Assembly: GCF_009914755.1 (NCBI RefSeq)
Contig: NC_060927.1
Reading direction: 5' to 3' (one strand)
DNA: 64,000 bases
Origin: the human T2T-CHM13v2.0 reference genome, Homo sapiens
Below the pieces are notes generated by a model that had not been told where the DNA came from, did not search any database, and saw only the letters and a program-made list of their open reading frames with translations. Numbering within the stretch: position 1 is the stretch's first letter; each line of letters starts with the position of its first letter. Of the stretch, positions 14,440 through 28,074 are shown in pieces. Both the position numbers and the translations under genes were made by a program.

Positions 14440-17400
14440 GGACACAATTGCACAGTACTCAGCCTGCTCTAATATGCAAGTGCCACCTACCGGCCTGGAG
14501 GTTGAGCTGCACAACCCAATGTAATATCTGCTGACAGAAATGCACACTCCTGGGGGTCAAGATAAGTTTTCTGCAACATCTATGTCCCCCTCTCTGCAGG
14601 AGGCCGTGAACTTGCTCACATGCCAGTACACTGCTACTACAACCAGCATGTGAGAAAGCCACCACATCAAGGCCATCTGTAACCAAGGAATTAATACAGA
14701 GTCTTGGCTCCCTAAAAACACCCAGAAGCAAAACCAAATGACACTGCTCAACATACATTAAGATCACGTGCTCAAGGGGGAAAAAGTTTCATCCAAGTGA
14801 AAGTAAATTCAAAAATAAACAGTGAACAGCTTCTCCAGATGAGGAAAAAAATAGTATAAGAATTCTGGCGGTACAAAAAAAAAAGGGGTATTACAACAAC
14901 CCAAAGGATAACACTAACTCTCCTAAATCTCTAGTAGTAGATACTAAGCAAAATGGAAATTCCAAAATGTCAAAGAAAAAGTTCAAAATATGGATTGTAA
15001 GGTAACACAAGAGATTCAGGGGAAAGTTGAAAGCCCTCCTAAATCTCTAGTAGTAGATACTAAGCAAAATGGAAATTCCGAAATGTCAAAGAAAAAGTTC
15101 AAAATATGGATTGTAAGGTAACACAAGAGATTCAGGGGAAAGATGAAAGCCAGCACAAAGAAGTAAGAAAAACAATTCAGGATATGAATTAAAGATATAC
15201 TAAAAGATAAGTATTTTTAAAAAATAGAACTTCTGGAAATAAAAAAGTCATTAATGGAATTACAAATTACAGTTGAAAGCTTTTCCAATAGACCAGGCTA
15301 AGCAGAATAAATAATTTCAGAGCTTGAAGACAGGTTTTAAAAATTCATCCAAATCAGAGAAAAATGAAAAAAAAAAAAGATGAAAAAATAAACAAAGTCT
15401 TTGAGAAATAGTAGATTATGTACAGCATATAACCCTATGGGTCATAGATATTCCTGAGAGAGAAAAAGAAAGAATAAAATGTTAAATGTTTTGAGCACTT
15501 TACATATCATTATTAACCTTGAAGGTAAATGAACTAAATGTTTCACTTAAAATATATAGATTAGCAGAAAGGATTACAAAAAAAACAAATAAACCAAGAT
15601 TTAAACATATGCTGCTTTTAAAAAACCCACCTAACTGGTAAAGACCTTTATAGACTGAAGATAAAGTGCTGGAAGAAGATATTCCATGCAAACAGAAACC
15701 AAAAGCCAGCAGGAATAACTCTACCAATCTCAGAGAAAACAGACTTTAAATCAACAACATAAGAAAAGACAAAGAAAGTCATTATATAATGATAAAGGGA
15801 TCAGTTCAACAAACAAGCTAACAATCCTAAATATATATTGTGCTCAACACCAGAACACCTAGAATCATAAAAGAGACACTGCTAGACCTAAGAAAAGAGA
15901 TAGACAGCAATACAATAGTGGGTGATGGCAAAACTCCAGTAACATCACTAGACAGATAATCAAGGCAGAAAATCAACAAAGAAACTATGGACTTTAATTG
16001 GACTATATGAAATGGACCTAACAGTCATTTGCAAAACATTTTACCTAGTAACTACAGAATATACTTTCTTCTTATCTATATATAGAACATTCTCCAAAAC
16101 TGACTATATATTAGGCCACAAAACAAGTCTCTTAAAAAAGTGAAATTATGTCAAGCATCTTCCAAAAGCACCATGGAATATAATTAGAAATTAATACCAA
16201 GAGGAACTGTCAAAACTATATAAATGCATGGAAATTAAAAAATCTGCTCCAGAATGATCTTTGAGTCAATGCTCAAGTTTAGGTTGAGAATCAAAAATAT
16301 TTTGTAGCAAATAAAAATAGAGACACAACATACCAAAACTTAAATACAGCAAAATCAGCATTAAGAGGGAAGTTCATAGCATTAAGTGCCTACATCAAAA
16401 AATATGGAAAGGTCAAAAATTAACAGCCTAACATCACACATTGAGGAACTAGATAAACAAGAATAAAACAAGCCCAAAGCTAGCAGAAAAAAAGAAATTA
16501 CAAAGTCCAGAAAACAAGTAAATAAAATTGAAACCAGAAACTGCAAATAATCAACAAAACAAAGTTTTTTCTTTCAATAAATAAATAAAATGTATAGTCT
16601 TCTAGGTAGATTAACCTAGAAAAACAGAAAATTCAAATAAGTGCAATGAGAAATGAAAAAGGAGACATTAGAACTGATATCACCGAAATACTATCGATCA
16701 TCAGAGACTACTTTGAGTTCTCTATGCAAATAAACTAGATACCTAGGGGGGAAAAATCTCTGTATAGAACACCAATAGAAGAAATTGAATATTACACAAA
16801 CAAATGGAAAAATATCTCATGCTTATGGATTGGAAGAAGTAATATTCTTAAAATGGCCATACTGCTCAAAACAATTTACAGGTTCAATTCAATTCCTATC
16901 TAAATACAAATGTTACTTTTCACAGAATTAGGAAGAACACCCCTAAAATTCAAATGGAACCCAAATAGCCAAAGCAGTCATAAGCAAAAAGAATAAAGCT
17001 GAAAGCATCATATTACCTAACTTTAAAGTATGTTACAAGGCTATAGTATCCAAAACAGTATGATAGTGGTATAAAAATAGACACGAAACTGGAACCAAGT
17101 CTCTCTCCATATAAAAAAATTAACGCAAGATGAATTGAAGGCTTAGATTTAAAACCCAATACTACAAAAAATTAGAACAAAATGTAGAAAAATAATTCTG
17201 AACATTGGAATATGCAAATAATTTATCACTAACACCTCAAAAGTGAGTGTAATAAAAAGAAAAATAGACAAAAGGGACTTAACTAAACAAAACAGCTTCT
17301 GCACAGCAAAAGAAATAGCAAAATAAAGAGAAAACCTAGAGAATGGGAGAAAATATTTGCAAATTATGCATACAACAAAGGAGTAATATCCAGAATCCAC

Positions 17401-18272
17401 AAGGACCTCAAACAACTCAATAAGAAAAAAAAAAAAAAACATTTAAAACTGGCATGGATATGAACAGACATTTCTCAAAAGAAGACATACAAGTGGCCAA
17501 CAAACAAATAAAAAAATGCACCATATCACCAATAATAGATAAATGCAAATTAAAACTACAATGAGATGTTCTCTTCTGCCAGTCAGAATGGCTATTACTA
17601 AAAAGTTAAAAAAAAAACAGCAGATGTTGGTGACGATGCAGAGAAAAAGAATGCTTATAAACTTTTGATGGGAAGGTAAAATTAGTATGGAGATTTTTCA
17701 AAGAACTATAAATAGAACAATCTAGCAATCCCACGACAGGGCATCTACACAATGGGAAAATAAATCATTATATCAGAAAGACACCTGCACTAGTATGTTG
17801 ATTACAGCACTATTCGCAACAGCAAAATCATGAAATCAATCTAAGTTTCCATCAATGATTGATTGGATAAAGAAAGCAGGGTATAAATACATATATACCA
17901 TAAAATGCTACTCAGCCACAAAAAATAATGAAATCATGTCTTTTGCAGCAACATAGATGGAACTGGAGGGCATTATCTTAATTGAAATAACTGAGAAACA
18001 GAAAATTAAATGCTGCATGTTCTCACTTATGAGGGGTAACTAAATAATGTGTCCATAGGGACATATAGAGTGAAATAATAAACACTGGATGCTGCAAAAC
18101 GTTGGAGTTTGGGAGGTGGATGAGGGGTGAGAAATTACCTATTGGGTACCATGTACACTATTCAGATGATGGTTACAGTAGCAGTGCAGGAACAGCCCAG
18201 ACTTACCACTGTGCAATACATACATGTTCAAAAATATTCTTGTACCCCTAAATCTAGGAAAAAAAAATAAAA
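14440..18272 (+). mobile_element. Old L1 (L1PB-like 3' end): 5' region, ORF1, ORF2 and 3' UTR with several internal deletions
   Basis: ORF1-like GAGCTTGAAGACAGG, endonuclease-region sequence at 15500-16700, and 3' UTR GAGAAATTACCTATTGGGTAC ... TTGTACCCCTAAATCTA followed by an A tail. Confidence 0.9.
14920..15151 (+). repeat. 116-bp tandem duplication (2 copies, 2 mismatches)
   Basis: CTCCTAAATCTCTAGTAGTAG ... GGGGAAAG(T/A)TGAAAGCC at 14920-15035 and 15036-15151. Confidence 0.97.
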
Positions 18273-18299
18273 TACGTACTTTTTAAATGAATGTAAGAC

Positions 18300-18465
18300 T
18301 CAAAGCAATCTACAGATTCAATGTAATCCCTATCAAAATACCAATATAATTTTTCACGGAATTAGAGAAAACAGTTCTAAAATTTCCGTAGAATTAAACA
18401 AGACCCCCTGAGAAACAAACAACCCCATTTAAAACTTGTAAAGGATATAAACAGACATTTCTAAA
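18300..18465 (+). mobile_element. L1 ORF2 fragments
   Basis: CAAAGCAATCTACAGATTCAATGTAATCCCTATCAAAATACC joined to AACAACCCCATTTAAAA ... AACAGACATTTCT. Confidence 0.75.
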
Positions 18466-19960
18466 ACTAATCTTTTGTTGCCAATTGCCTAATAATTCTG
18501 TATTTCCACAATATTTAATTATGAATAAATTCCTGAAACAATGCTAATTTACCCAGCTTTATTTTCCTATTGTTGTGCCTGAACTTATGATGGTAAAAAC
18601 AAAAATATTAACTTGAAAATTTTACCTCTGTATATTTATCACAAACACTAGTAAGTACTAATGTTTTTCTATAGTTAAAAAGTATATTAAAATATGTAGG
18701 CATAAAGTATATTAAAGTATATGTAAGCAAGAGCATATTAAAATATATAAAAATACACTTTAAAAAACATATATAAATGTATATGTATATTCTAAACATA
18801 TGTATGATATAAATATAATATATGAGACATGTTTTATATTTAGATCCAACTTATACCTGTGTTAGATAGCATCAAATAATCTTAAAACTGGGACATAATA
18901 TGCATATTAAATTCCATAGTTTGATAATTACTCCATTTTAAAACTGATTTTAAAATTATATTTAATGAGATAGGGAAAAAGTTAACTAATACTTTAACAT
19001 CTGCAGAATTCAGGCAGATTCTACAAAACAAGTTTTTTGTAGTTGTTGTTTACCAACTGAGTTTATGGTGGAATCACCATCTAAAATCCTTTATCTGTAC
19101 TTTTTTATTTTATCTTGCAATTATGTCAGGACATTCTGCACCAGCAGACACTCATCACTGGTTAAACTTGTTACAGTTAATCAGATTTACTTCACTTTAT
19201 CTTTGCAAAATAATCACATTACGTTCCTTTCAAGGGCTTGTCACCTTGAAAGGAAGTATGTTTCCATTCAAGAACTATGTTTTTGATATTCATAAGAAAG
19301 TTGAATAGCAACGTTTTTCTCCAAAATTAAAGATTGGTCAATAATATTTTTGAGAGCCACAAAATCATATGCAATGTACCATAAATGCAGCATCCTTTTA
19401 TATTTATTATATATTCATAGTATTAATTATTCAACAGTAGATGAATAAACCTTATTTTTCTTCTAAATATTAACATCACAAAATTTCAGAAATATATTTT
19501 GATGTTAAAAATATGTTGTTTAAAATTTCTATCTGTGTCAAAGTTACCTTACTTGTGCTTATACCTTCTTTGTAAAATGCCTATCTCTCAGGGATGCTTT
19601 GTAAATTAGTGAACTCAATATGAGCAAAGCACTAGGACATTTCAAATACTGTAAGTGTGATAGTTTATTTTCTTCTTACATATTAATCATAACAAAGAAG
19701 GGAAAAATATAGCACTCATGAGCACTTTATTGAAAAATTTCACAGGAAGTTTCCTCTTTATATTTATTTTTAGACCAATATTTTCAATACTATTTCTAAA
19801 TTGCTATTCTACATCCTTTAAATATTACAGTGTATAATGTTGGTTAATCTGATAAACTGATTCATGTCAAAATGGCATAGCTGCTACTTGTCTCAGGTAG
19901 CATATTTGCATTTTAACTAGAACCTTCACAATATGCAGTCATCAATATTACAGAAAAACC

Positions 19961-20270
19961 TGCCAGCGTGTGGCTTACGGCTGTAATACCAGCACTTTGG
20001 GAGGCCGAGGCAGGTGGATCACCTGAGGTCAGGAGTTCGAGACCAGCCTGGCCAACATGGAGAAATCCCATCTCTACCAAAAATACAAAAATTAGCTGGG
20101 CATGGTGGTGCACACCTGTATTCTTAGCTATTTGGGAGGCTGAGGCAGGAGAATTGCTTGGAACCTGGGAGGCGGAGGTTCCAGTGAGCAGAGTTCACAC
20201 CATTGCACTCCAGCCTGGGCGACAGAGGAAGACGCCGTCTCAAAACGAAGAAATAAACAAAACACAACAA
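19961..20270 (+). mobile_element. Alu (AluSx/Sq-like)
   Basis: GGATCACCTGAGGTCAGGAGTTCGAGACCAGCCTGGCCAACATGG; both arms and an A-rich tail present. Confidence 0.96.
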
Positions 20271-20512
20271 CACCTGTGACAGGTTTGTAAAGAATAACGT
20301 TGTGATAGTAAACTTCAAAAATATCCCCTTCACAGCTGCCTGATTTCTTAAAGTATTACTGTATATTGCCTTCATTTTAATTTAGAGAACATCATCCCAC
20401 AAGATAAATGTTAAATTTGTCTCCCACTCATAAGTGCATTAGATAACCTCAATATCAACACAAAATACAAAGTAAAAAAAGAAAATAAGATTTAATCTTC
20501 TTAGGGGAAGAG

Positions 20513-20874
20513 TGTGGTATAAGTATGGTACCTCTTCAGCTGTTTAAGACTAATAGCCAATATGATGGTATATGAAGGTGGGACATCTGGGAGATAATTA
20601 AACTGTGAGACTGGAACCCTCATGAACAGGATTAGCGCCCTTATAAGAAGAGGCACTAGAGGAATTATATCCTTCTCTACAATGTAAGGATACAGCAAGA
20701 ACACAGCCACCTGCCAACCAGGAAATGTGCCCTCCCTAGACACTGGATCTGCTGGGTTTGCTGGCACTTGATTTGGGACTTCCTAGCCTCTGAAACTATG
20801 AAAAACACATTTCTGTAGTTTATGCTACTCAGTATATGGTATTTTTGCTATAATTGCCTGAAGTACCTCAGGCA
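20513..20874 (+). mobile_element. MaLR LTR (MLT1A-like)
   Basis: CCCTCATGAACAGGATTAGCGCCCTTATAAGAAGAGG ... GGACTTCCTAGCCTCTGAAACTATGA. Confidence 0.85.
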
Positions 20875-21795
20875 TTTATCAACACCAGTTAACCTCCACT
20901 ATTATAAGAAACATAAACAAACAAACACTAAAAGGAGAACACCTGTGAGGCAGAATCCTATTAAAGTCCTCATTTAAAAGCAGCATATCGATGATATAGG
21001 TCCAGTTAATTAAGCTAATGTGAAGGGGAAAATACTAACTTCAGAACTTTGTTTTAGCCTGGGCACAAGATAGATCTATCTATTTAGTTTTTCTCCCTGA
21101 TGTTAGCTGCATGAGAGAATTATATGAAGACATATAATGACTTCCTTCGTTTTCTCCTACACCACTGACAGAAGTATTTGGAACGCTGTCTATTCTTGAC
21201 TTACTTGACCATGAATCAGCATTGAACACCTTGGCCTTCATATTTATACAGGAAGCCTAAATAATCCAAAATGTACTGATTTCAAGCTAGATCTTCAGCG
21301 CTCCAAATACCAGTAGTCAGAAAATTGCTTGCTTTACTAACACTATTCACAGACAAATATGAGCAATGCCCACAGATCCCAAGTTCTTCCTCTAGCTAAT
21401 CAGCCCTTACTCAAGTTACAAATGGTCCTACTTTCCAAGTTTTAAGAAATAGATTCCAAGGAAGAGGCCTGCTTCCCCTAGGAAGTCATAAGAAATAATT
21501 CCTTCATGTTTGTCTTACTTCTAAACGTAACATCTGAAATCTAATCACCTTTGATAATCCATCATCACCCAGACTTTCATCTTCCTTGTTTATTTCATAC
21601 CTCCTATTTTATTCAATATTCTTGCCCTCTTTGACTCCCATAATATTTTCAACTGTGTCTTCTGAAAGTCATGGTATGTCCCCAAGCAAAATCATGTTTT
21701 AATCCAATCCTGGACTGTGAGGATATTGTCTTCCCTGAAGTCCTTTAAAATCTAGACTGCTATTCTCCCATGCCCCATTACATATTCTAATCACC

Positions 21796-21852
21796 ATTTC
21801 TAAACTATTTCTAACTATTTCTAAACTATTTCTAAACCATTTCTAAACTATT
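21796..21852 (+). repeat. 11-bp tandem repeat (ATTTCTAAACT)x5
   Basis: Read directly; one unit has a 1-bp deletion and one has a substitution. Confidence 0.9.
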
Positions 21853-22163
21853 GTCCCTTTCACTTACATAAAGGACCTCATCTTTTCTTATTTTTTTCCA
21901 TCAACACATACTATTCTCTAACCCTTTATGTTGAAGAAAATTTCCAAATCCTCTACTGTTTTGCTAAAAAAAATATAATATGCCTCTTCTATACCACTAC
22001 TATCATTATTATTTACAGAATCACCTGATTTAAACAATAAAATCTTTAAAATACATGTTACATTTTTTTACTAACTTAACAAAATAACAAACACTCATAT
22101 GTTGCTATATATTTATCAAAGTGGAAATACAGAAACATCTGGGTGTTTTTACACATACATTTT

Positions 22164-22185
22164 ATATATATATATACACACACAC

Positions 22186-22217
<32 letters not shown>
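22164..22217. repeat. Compound microsatellite [(TA)n(CA)n]x2
   Basis: Read directly. Confidence 0.9.
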
Positions 22218-24734
22218 AATATAAAACATAAGCAATATATGACATATTTATGTCTACTCTGATATATATAGAGTTGATATGAAATAATATATATAGTATG
22301 ATATATATATCTCAGAGTAGAAATACAGATAGAATGCATATAGATAGATGCATAGATAGGTATTGCATTTTATCTATTCTCAATCAGTAAAGTGCAATGT
22401 AACAGCTGATTTATATGGAAAAAGGTATTACAAGTGAGGATAATTTAATAATGAATAAATTGAGATAAGAAATTGTAAGTTGTGTTCAATAGGATTTTTC
22501 TTGAAGAATAGTGTATAATGTAAAAATGGAAATGTGGACAAATTGATGGAAAATTAAGAATCATTATTAATTTATCTTTTTAATAATGCATAAAAGTCCT
22601 TCTGAATTTTGTGGTAAACTTTTTAGTGAAAAAATCATTTTCTGGTACTTCTAAAAGAAATACGATAGGAAATAGGGACAGTAGTGTGAGTCTTCAAGTG
22701 TAGAATGTACTTAATTCCTAAATTTTATAGTCCAAAGGAAGTTAGAAAAGGTCTTGTAATGTTTTATACAACCATGTCTCAATTTATAAATATTTAATTT
22801 TGATTTGATTTCTACTGCTGGAAGTTCATCTCTTTGATTTTCAATAATGGTTCATAAAGAGATATAATAATAGACTTAAAGTTTTAGAATGTTGTAGGGA
22901 AGATAGAGGGAGGGTTTTGCCATAAACTGAAACTTCATTACAGCTTTATTTTCATACCGAAACTAGGCATTCAGTTTTTTAGATAATAATAGTGATAGCA
23001 ATAGATATGTACTGTTTATTTTCCCAACTAGACAGCTGGGATAGTTAGATAGAATGGATAGCTATTACTATTCATTGTTATTACTACTATTATTTAAAAA
23101 AAAACACAAAAGAAATACAAAATGTGACTAAGGTCAGATTCTGAAATGTTTGTAATGAGTTTGAATGAAGATTTCACATGCCCAAAAGAGTAATAATAAA
23201 AATTAAAATATGTAAGAATATACAGGAAATAAGAAAGGAAAAGAGTATGGAGAGTATTTTGTTGACAGATGAGGCAACAAGGATGAAAGTGCTATGGGGA
23301 AGCAAGAGACATTGGAGTAAACCCTATTTATGATTAAACATAGAAAGAAATATCAAAATAGAAATACAAATTGATTAAACTATTCTGACATGGTTACAAA
23401 GTATCAATTCCTGAAACATAAATACAGTTGGAGATAATTTAAAAATTTTGAAAGATGTAATATTTTATGAAAGGGTAAGTTGCATTTATCCATACAATAA
23501 AATGGTCTATTTTCTTCAAATTTAGTCAGACAAACAAGAAAATGGCAGGTGTTGAATTATTTGGAAAAATGTAAAATAAATTAAGAATGGGCTGAAGGAT
23601 ACAGACTTGTTTTTTCCTTAAATATTGTAATTTTGTGCATCTGTGCTCTTATGAGAACTCTGTAAGAAAGATGGGCAATAAACCACCTTTATTTTTCTAT
23701 GAATAAGCTTTACTTGGATAGCAGCAGAATCAGTTAAACTGAAATGAGTGAAGGAACAGCATAGCTATTTAACATTCTCTGAATTTTTCATATGTGTTAA
23801 ATTATTTAGTGTTTAACAAAATGTGCATGTTAACATGATGAGTTTATATGGCTTTTTATTGAACTTGATGCACCTAGTACGTTATTTTTACAGAATAAAT
23901 ATTTTATAGTTTTGCTGTAATCTATTTTTCCACAAGGGCATTGATTCATACTATCAAAAATCCAATAAGTCTAGGTTTGTGATAATTTTCTCTTGTTAAA
24001 TGCAAATGTCAGAAGCATTGCTTTTACAGAGATACATGTGCTTTATGTATCGGTTAAGTATTAAAAATTATTTACGTTTTGAAGGTATTTCTTTTAAATC
24101 AAAAGTAACAAGCTCAGACATTTAAAAGTTTATACTATACAGACAGAGACTCTATATTAGCTTAGGTAAATACACAAAAATTACACTGAAAGTAAATACT
24201 AAAAAATAAGCATTTTTGAAATACAGCAGAAAATAGCAATTTACCTGATGGTAAATAGACTCTTGAGAACCCATTATGTGATAATCTAGATAAGTTTTAG
24301 TGAAGTTACTTTCAAGTAAATTTTTGTATGAGGATTTTTTAATTTATTGCCTTCATTTTGTAGGAAATCAAAATTATGATCTTACAACCATAATTTTCCT
24401 GTTTGGGTAATTAAGTTAATTTAAGCATCAATCAGAACAGAAAGCCATCAAAAAGCTATTTCTACTAGATATTGCAATTATAGAATATTGAAGGCACATC
24501 TTTAAATATTATCTAGTTTAACTACCTCACTACAGAGAGAGAAACAGGGAAAGGTAATGGCCAGCTCCCCATTAATGTTAAAAACCGAAATATAATATTT
24601 CTAAAATGTAATTTAATTGTATAGATCATTTTTAGATATCTTACTTATTTTCATTAATTAGAAGACTAGTGAGTATACCACGCAGTGCTCTGGTCTCTGG
24701 TTTTACAGCAGTTAACAAAAGAAAAAGCATTACT

Positions 24735-25400
<666 letters not shown>

Positions 25401-25843
25401 GTAACTCACTGCATTTATCTTCTACTTGGGAAAATAAACATAAGCAAATACAAATAAGTCAATAGATGGAATGTGAGATGGTAAGAAGTTCTACAGGAAA
25501 AAAAACTCAGCAAAGGCCAATAAGTCTAGTGCAGCAAACAAGGTATTGCTTTAGATTAGGGTATGCCTTTTTGAAGTGGTGATATTAAATAATGATCTGA
25601 AAGCAACAAAGAAGACAGCCATGTAGAGTATCAAGGGGAAAATACTTTCAAGAAGAGAAAATTATATGTACAACGACCATAAGACAAGAGTGTTATTAGC
25701 GTGTATAAAGAATCACATTGCATGGTAGCTGCATTCTTGGACCTGAAAGAACAGGGAGGAATGTAGTAGCAGATGAGGCAGAAGTAACACCTGGACCATC
25801 TAACGTGCCCTGTCTTTATTTTGGATAAGATAAAAGTCTATAC

Positions 25844-25866
25844 TTTTTTTTTTTTTTTTTTTTTTT
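25844..25866. repeat. Poly-T run (23 nt)
   Basis: Read directly. Confidence 0.9.
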
Positions 25867-27920
25867 AACACAGAGGAAGTGACTGAACTTTTCAAAAGGC
25901 TAATTCTAGCTACTGTTTTGAGAGTCACTGTAGAAGGACAATAGCAGAAAGAGGGACAGGAAGCTATTGTGGGTGTCATCTAAACCACTGGACATCCACG
26001 TCTGAAATTCCAAGAGGAGATCTTCAGAAAAATGATGCATAGGACTAATAGGGATTAGAGGATATTTACAACCATGAGATCAATAAAAATCTCAGGCAAG
26101 TAGGAAGTATAGACAATGAAACAAAGAGGATTGAGAATTGAGCCTGGGGCATACCATATTTACAGACTGGGAGATAGAGAAGGAATAAAAAAAAAGCTGA
26201 TGATGAAGGAGCATTCAAAGAAACGAGAGAAAGTATGGTATTGAAAACCAAGTGGAAAAAATGACATGAGTAATTATGTGTGCCACAGGCTCTAGATAAT
26301 TCAATTATGAGTCCTGAATATTAATTATTAGAGTTAACATCCAGGAGATTTTTGTTGGCCTTTACTAGAGGTGTTTTGATATAACAGTAGAAATAAAATG
26401 TGTCTGCACTAAGTTCAGGAAACAATTAGAGGAGTGAAATTGGAGACAGAGAGTACAGACTGCTGTACTAAAAAGCACTGATGGAAAGAAGGCAAAAAAA
26501 TGACAGTAGCAATAAAAGTATTTAAAGTAAAGAGAGTTTCTCTCTCCTTTTTCAATGTGGGACAAATTGGGACATGTTTACGTGCTTTGGCATAATATAT
26601 AGTAAATGAAGAAAATTAATGATCTTGAAGGAAATTAGACAAATACTGGAGCAATGGCTTTGAGTAGGAGATAAGTGGTAAGAGCACAGTGATTATTTGG
26701 TCATCCTAGTAGTCTCTGAAGTGGGTAGAATTATCTCATCGTAACAGGGTATTCTGGCTGCTAAAGATGAGGCTTAGACATTACATCATTGACTCAACTC
26801 CTTCCACCATTGCTTTAATCCTTATCTGTTTAAATGCATTGCTATAAAAAGTGACATTAATTTTATTATTGTTATCCTTATTATTATTTTCATTTTAGTT
26901 GGAGACTAGACAGGATTGAGAATGTACAGACAATGGAGGTGATGACAAAGATTTTATAGCCCACCAGGACTGTTTCCTTAGTGATCTGAAGGAGGGGTCA
27001 GAACACAAGGAGCTAAAGGAACAGTGAAATCTAAAACAGAATTGGGTCTAATAAGGAATTGAGTTAAAGAGATTAGGAGAGGGTCCTTCTCCCTACTTTT
27101 CCACAAACACAAACCCTGTCCTTAGAACTGCAGAATCAATGACATTGGAGAGAAAATTAATCACCAAAGTTTTACAAAAATCATTCATCATTTAATAAAA
27201 GCCTCTCACAGACATGACAATTTCTACAAGATTTTTAGAGAGCTAATATTAAAAAAGAAAAAAAGAGCACAATGGTAGTTGGGGCGGGGGCAGGAATCTG
27301 ACAGTCCCTATATAGTGGTACATTTGTAACCACATCCTAAATGCCCTTTGACTTGCATTACATATAGTACTGCAAAGTCCAAAAGAAAGGGATATGAAGC
27401 TAATCAGCAGAAAGGCCCTCACCATTGTCCTAGCTTCTCAATCCCTAGTACTTTTTCTAGTACAAAAAACAATCATACCACCTAAGACATTTTATTTTAT
27501 TGTATGGTTTTGCTTGTCTTTCTTGTAATATTTGGCAGCCTTAAGTATCTCCTGCCTATATCTGTCACCACCATTTCTTCCAAGTTTGATGATACATTAA
27601 GCCATGCTCATGATTCTAGAACATGTCTCATTTTTTATTTGATGATTTTTTCTTTCATTCACTAAATATCTAGTGATCACTTACCATGGGTTATATTCTT
27701 ACTTAGACATAAGAGATAAAAACGGTGATCAAAGTCAGAGTATTGAAAAAGTTACAATTCTTCAAAACAGAGATCAGATTGTGCAAAGACTGCAGGAGGG
27801 GACATAGCACACTCAGGAAATTAAAAGCCAGTGTGCCTGTAATGTTGAGAGGAACAGAAAGCATAAGGAAAATAGTTAGAGTCTAGAAAATTAATAGAGA
27901 TACAGGGTGTTAAAACCTAC

Positions 27921-28074
27921 CTAATCATGGTGTATTTCCTTTTGATATGCTGTTCAATTTGGTTTGCTAGTATTTGGGGGAAGATTTTTGCATCGATATT
28001 TATCAGGCATATGAGTTTGTACTTTTCGTTTTTTTGTTGTATTTTTGTCTGGCTTTGGTTTCAGGGTGAGACTG
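27921..28074 (-). mobile_element. Inverted 5' segment of an L1 (ORF2)
   Basis: Reverse complement reads CCAGTCTCACCCTGAAACCAAAGCC ... CACCATGATTAG, the ORF2 sequence immediately upstream of the sense segment. Confidence 0.85.

Noticed and set aside
13538-14440. Antisense L1 as a twin-priming inversion of the adjacent sense L1
   Set aside because: The antisense piece covers 3' ORF2 sequence that is also present in the sense element and differs from it, so they are separate insertions.
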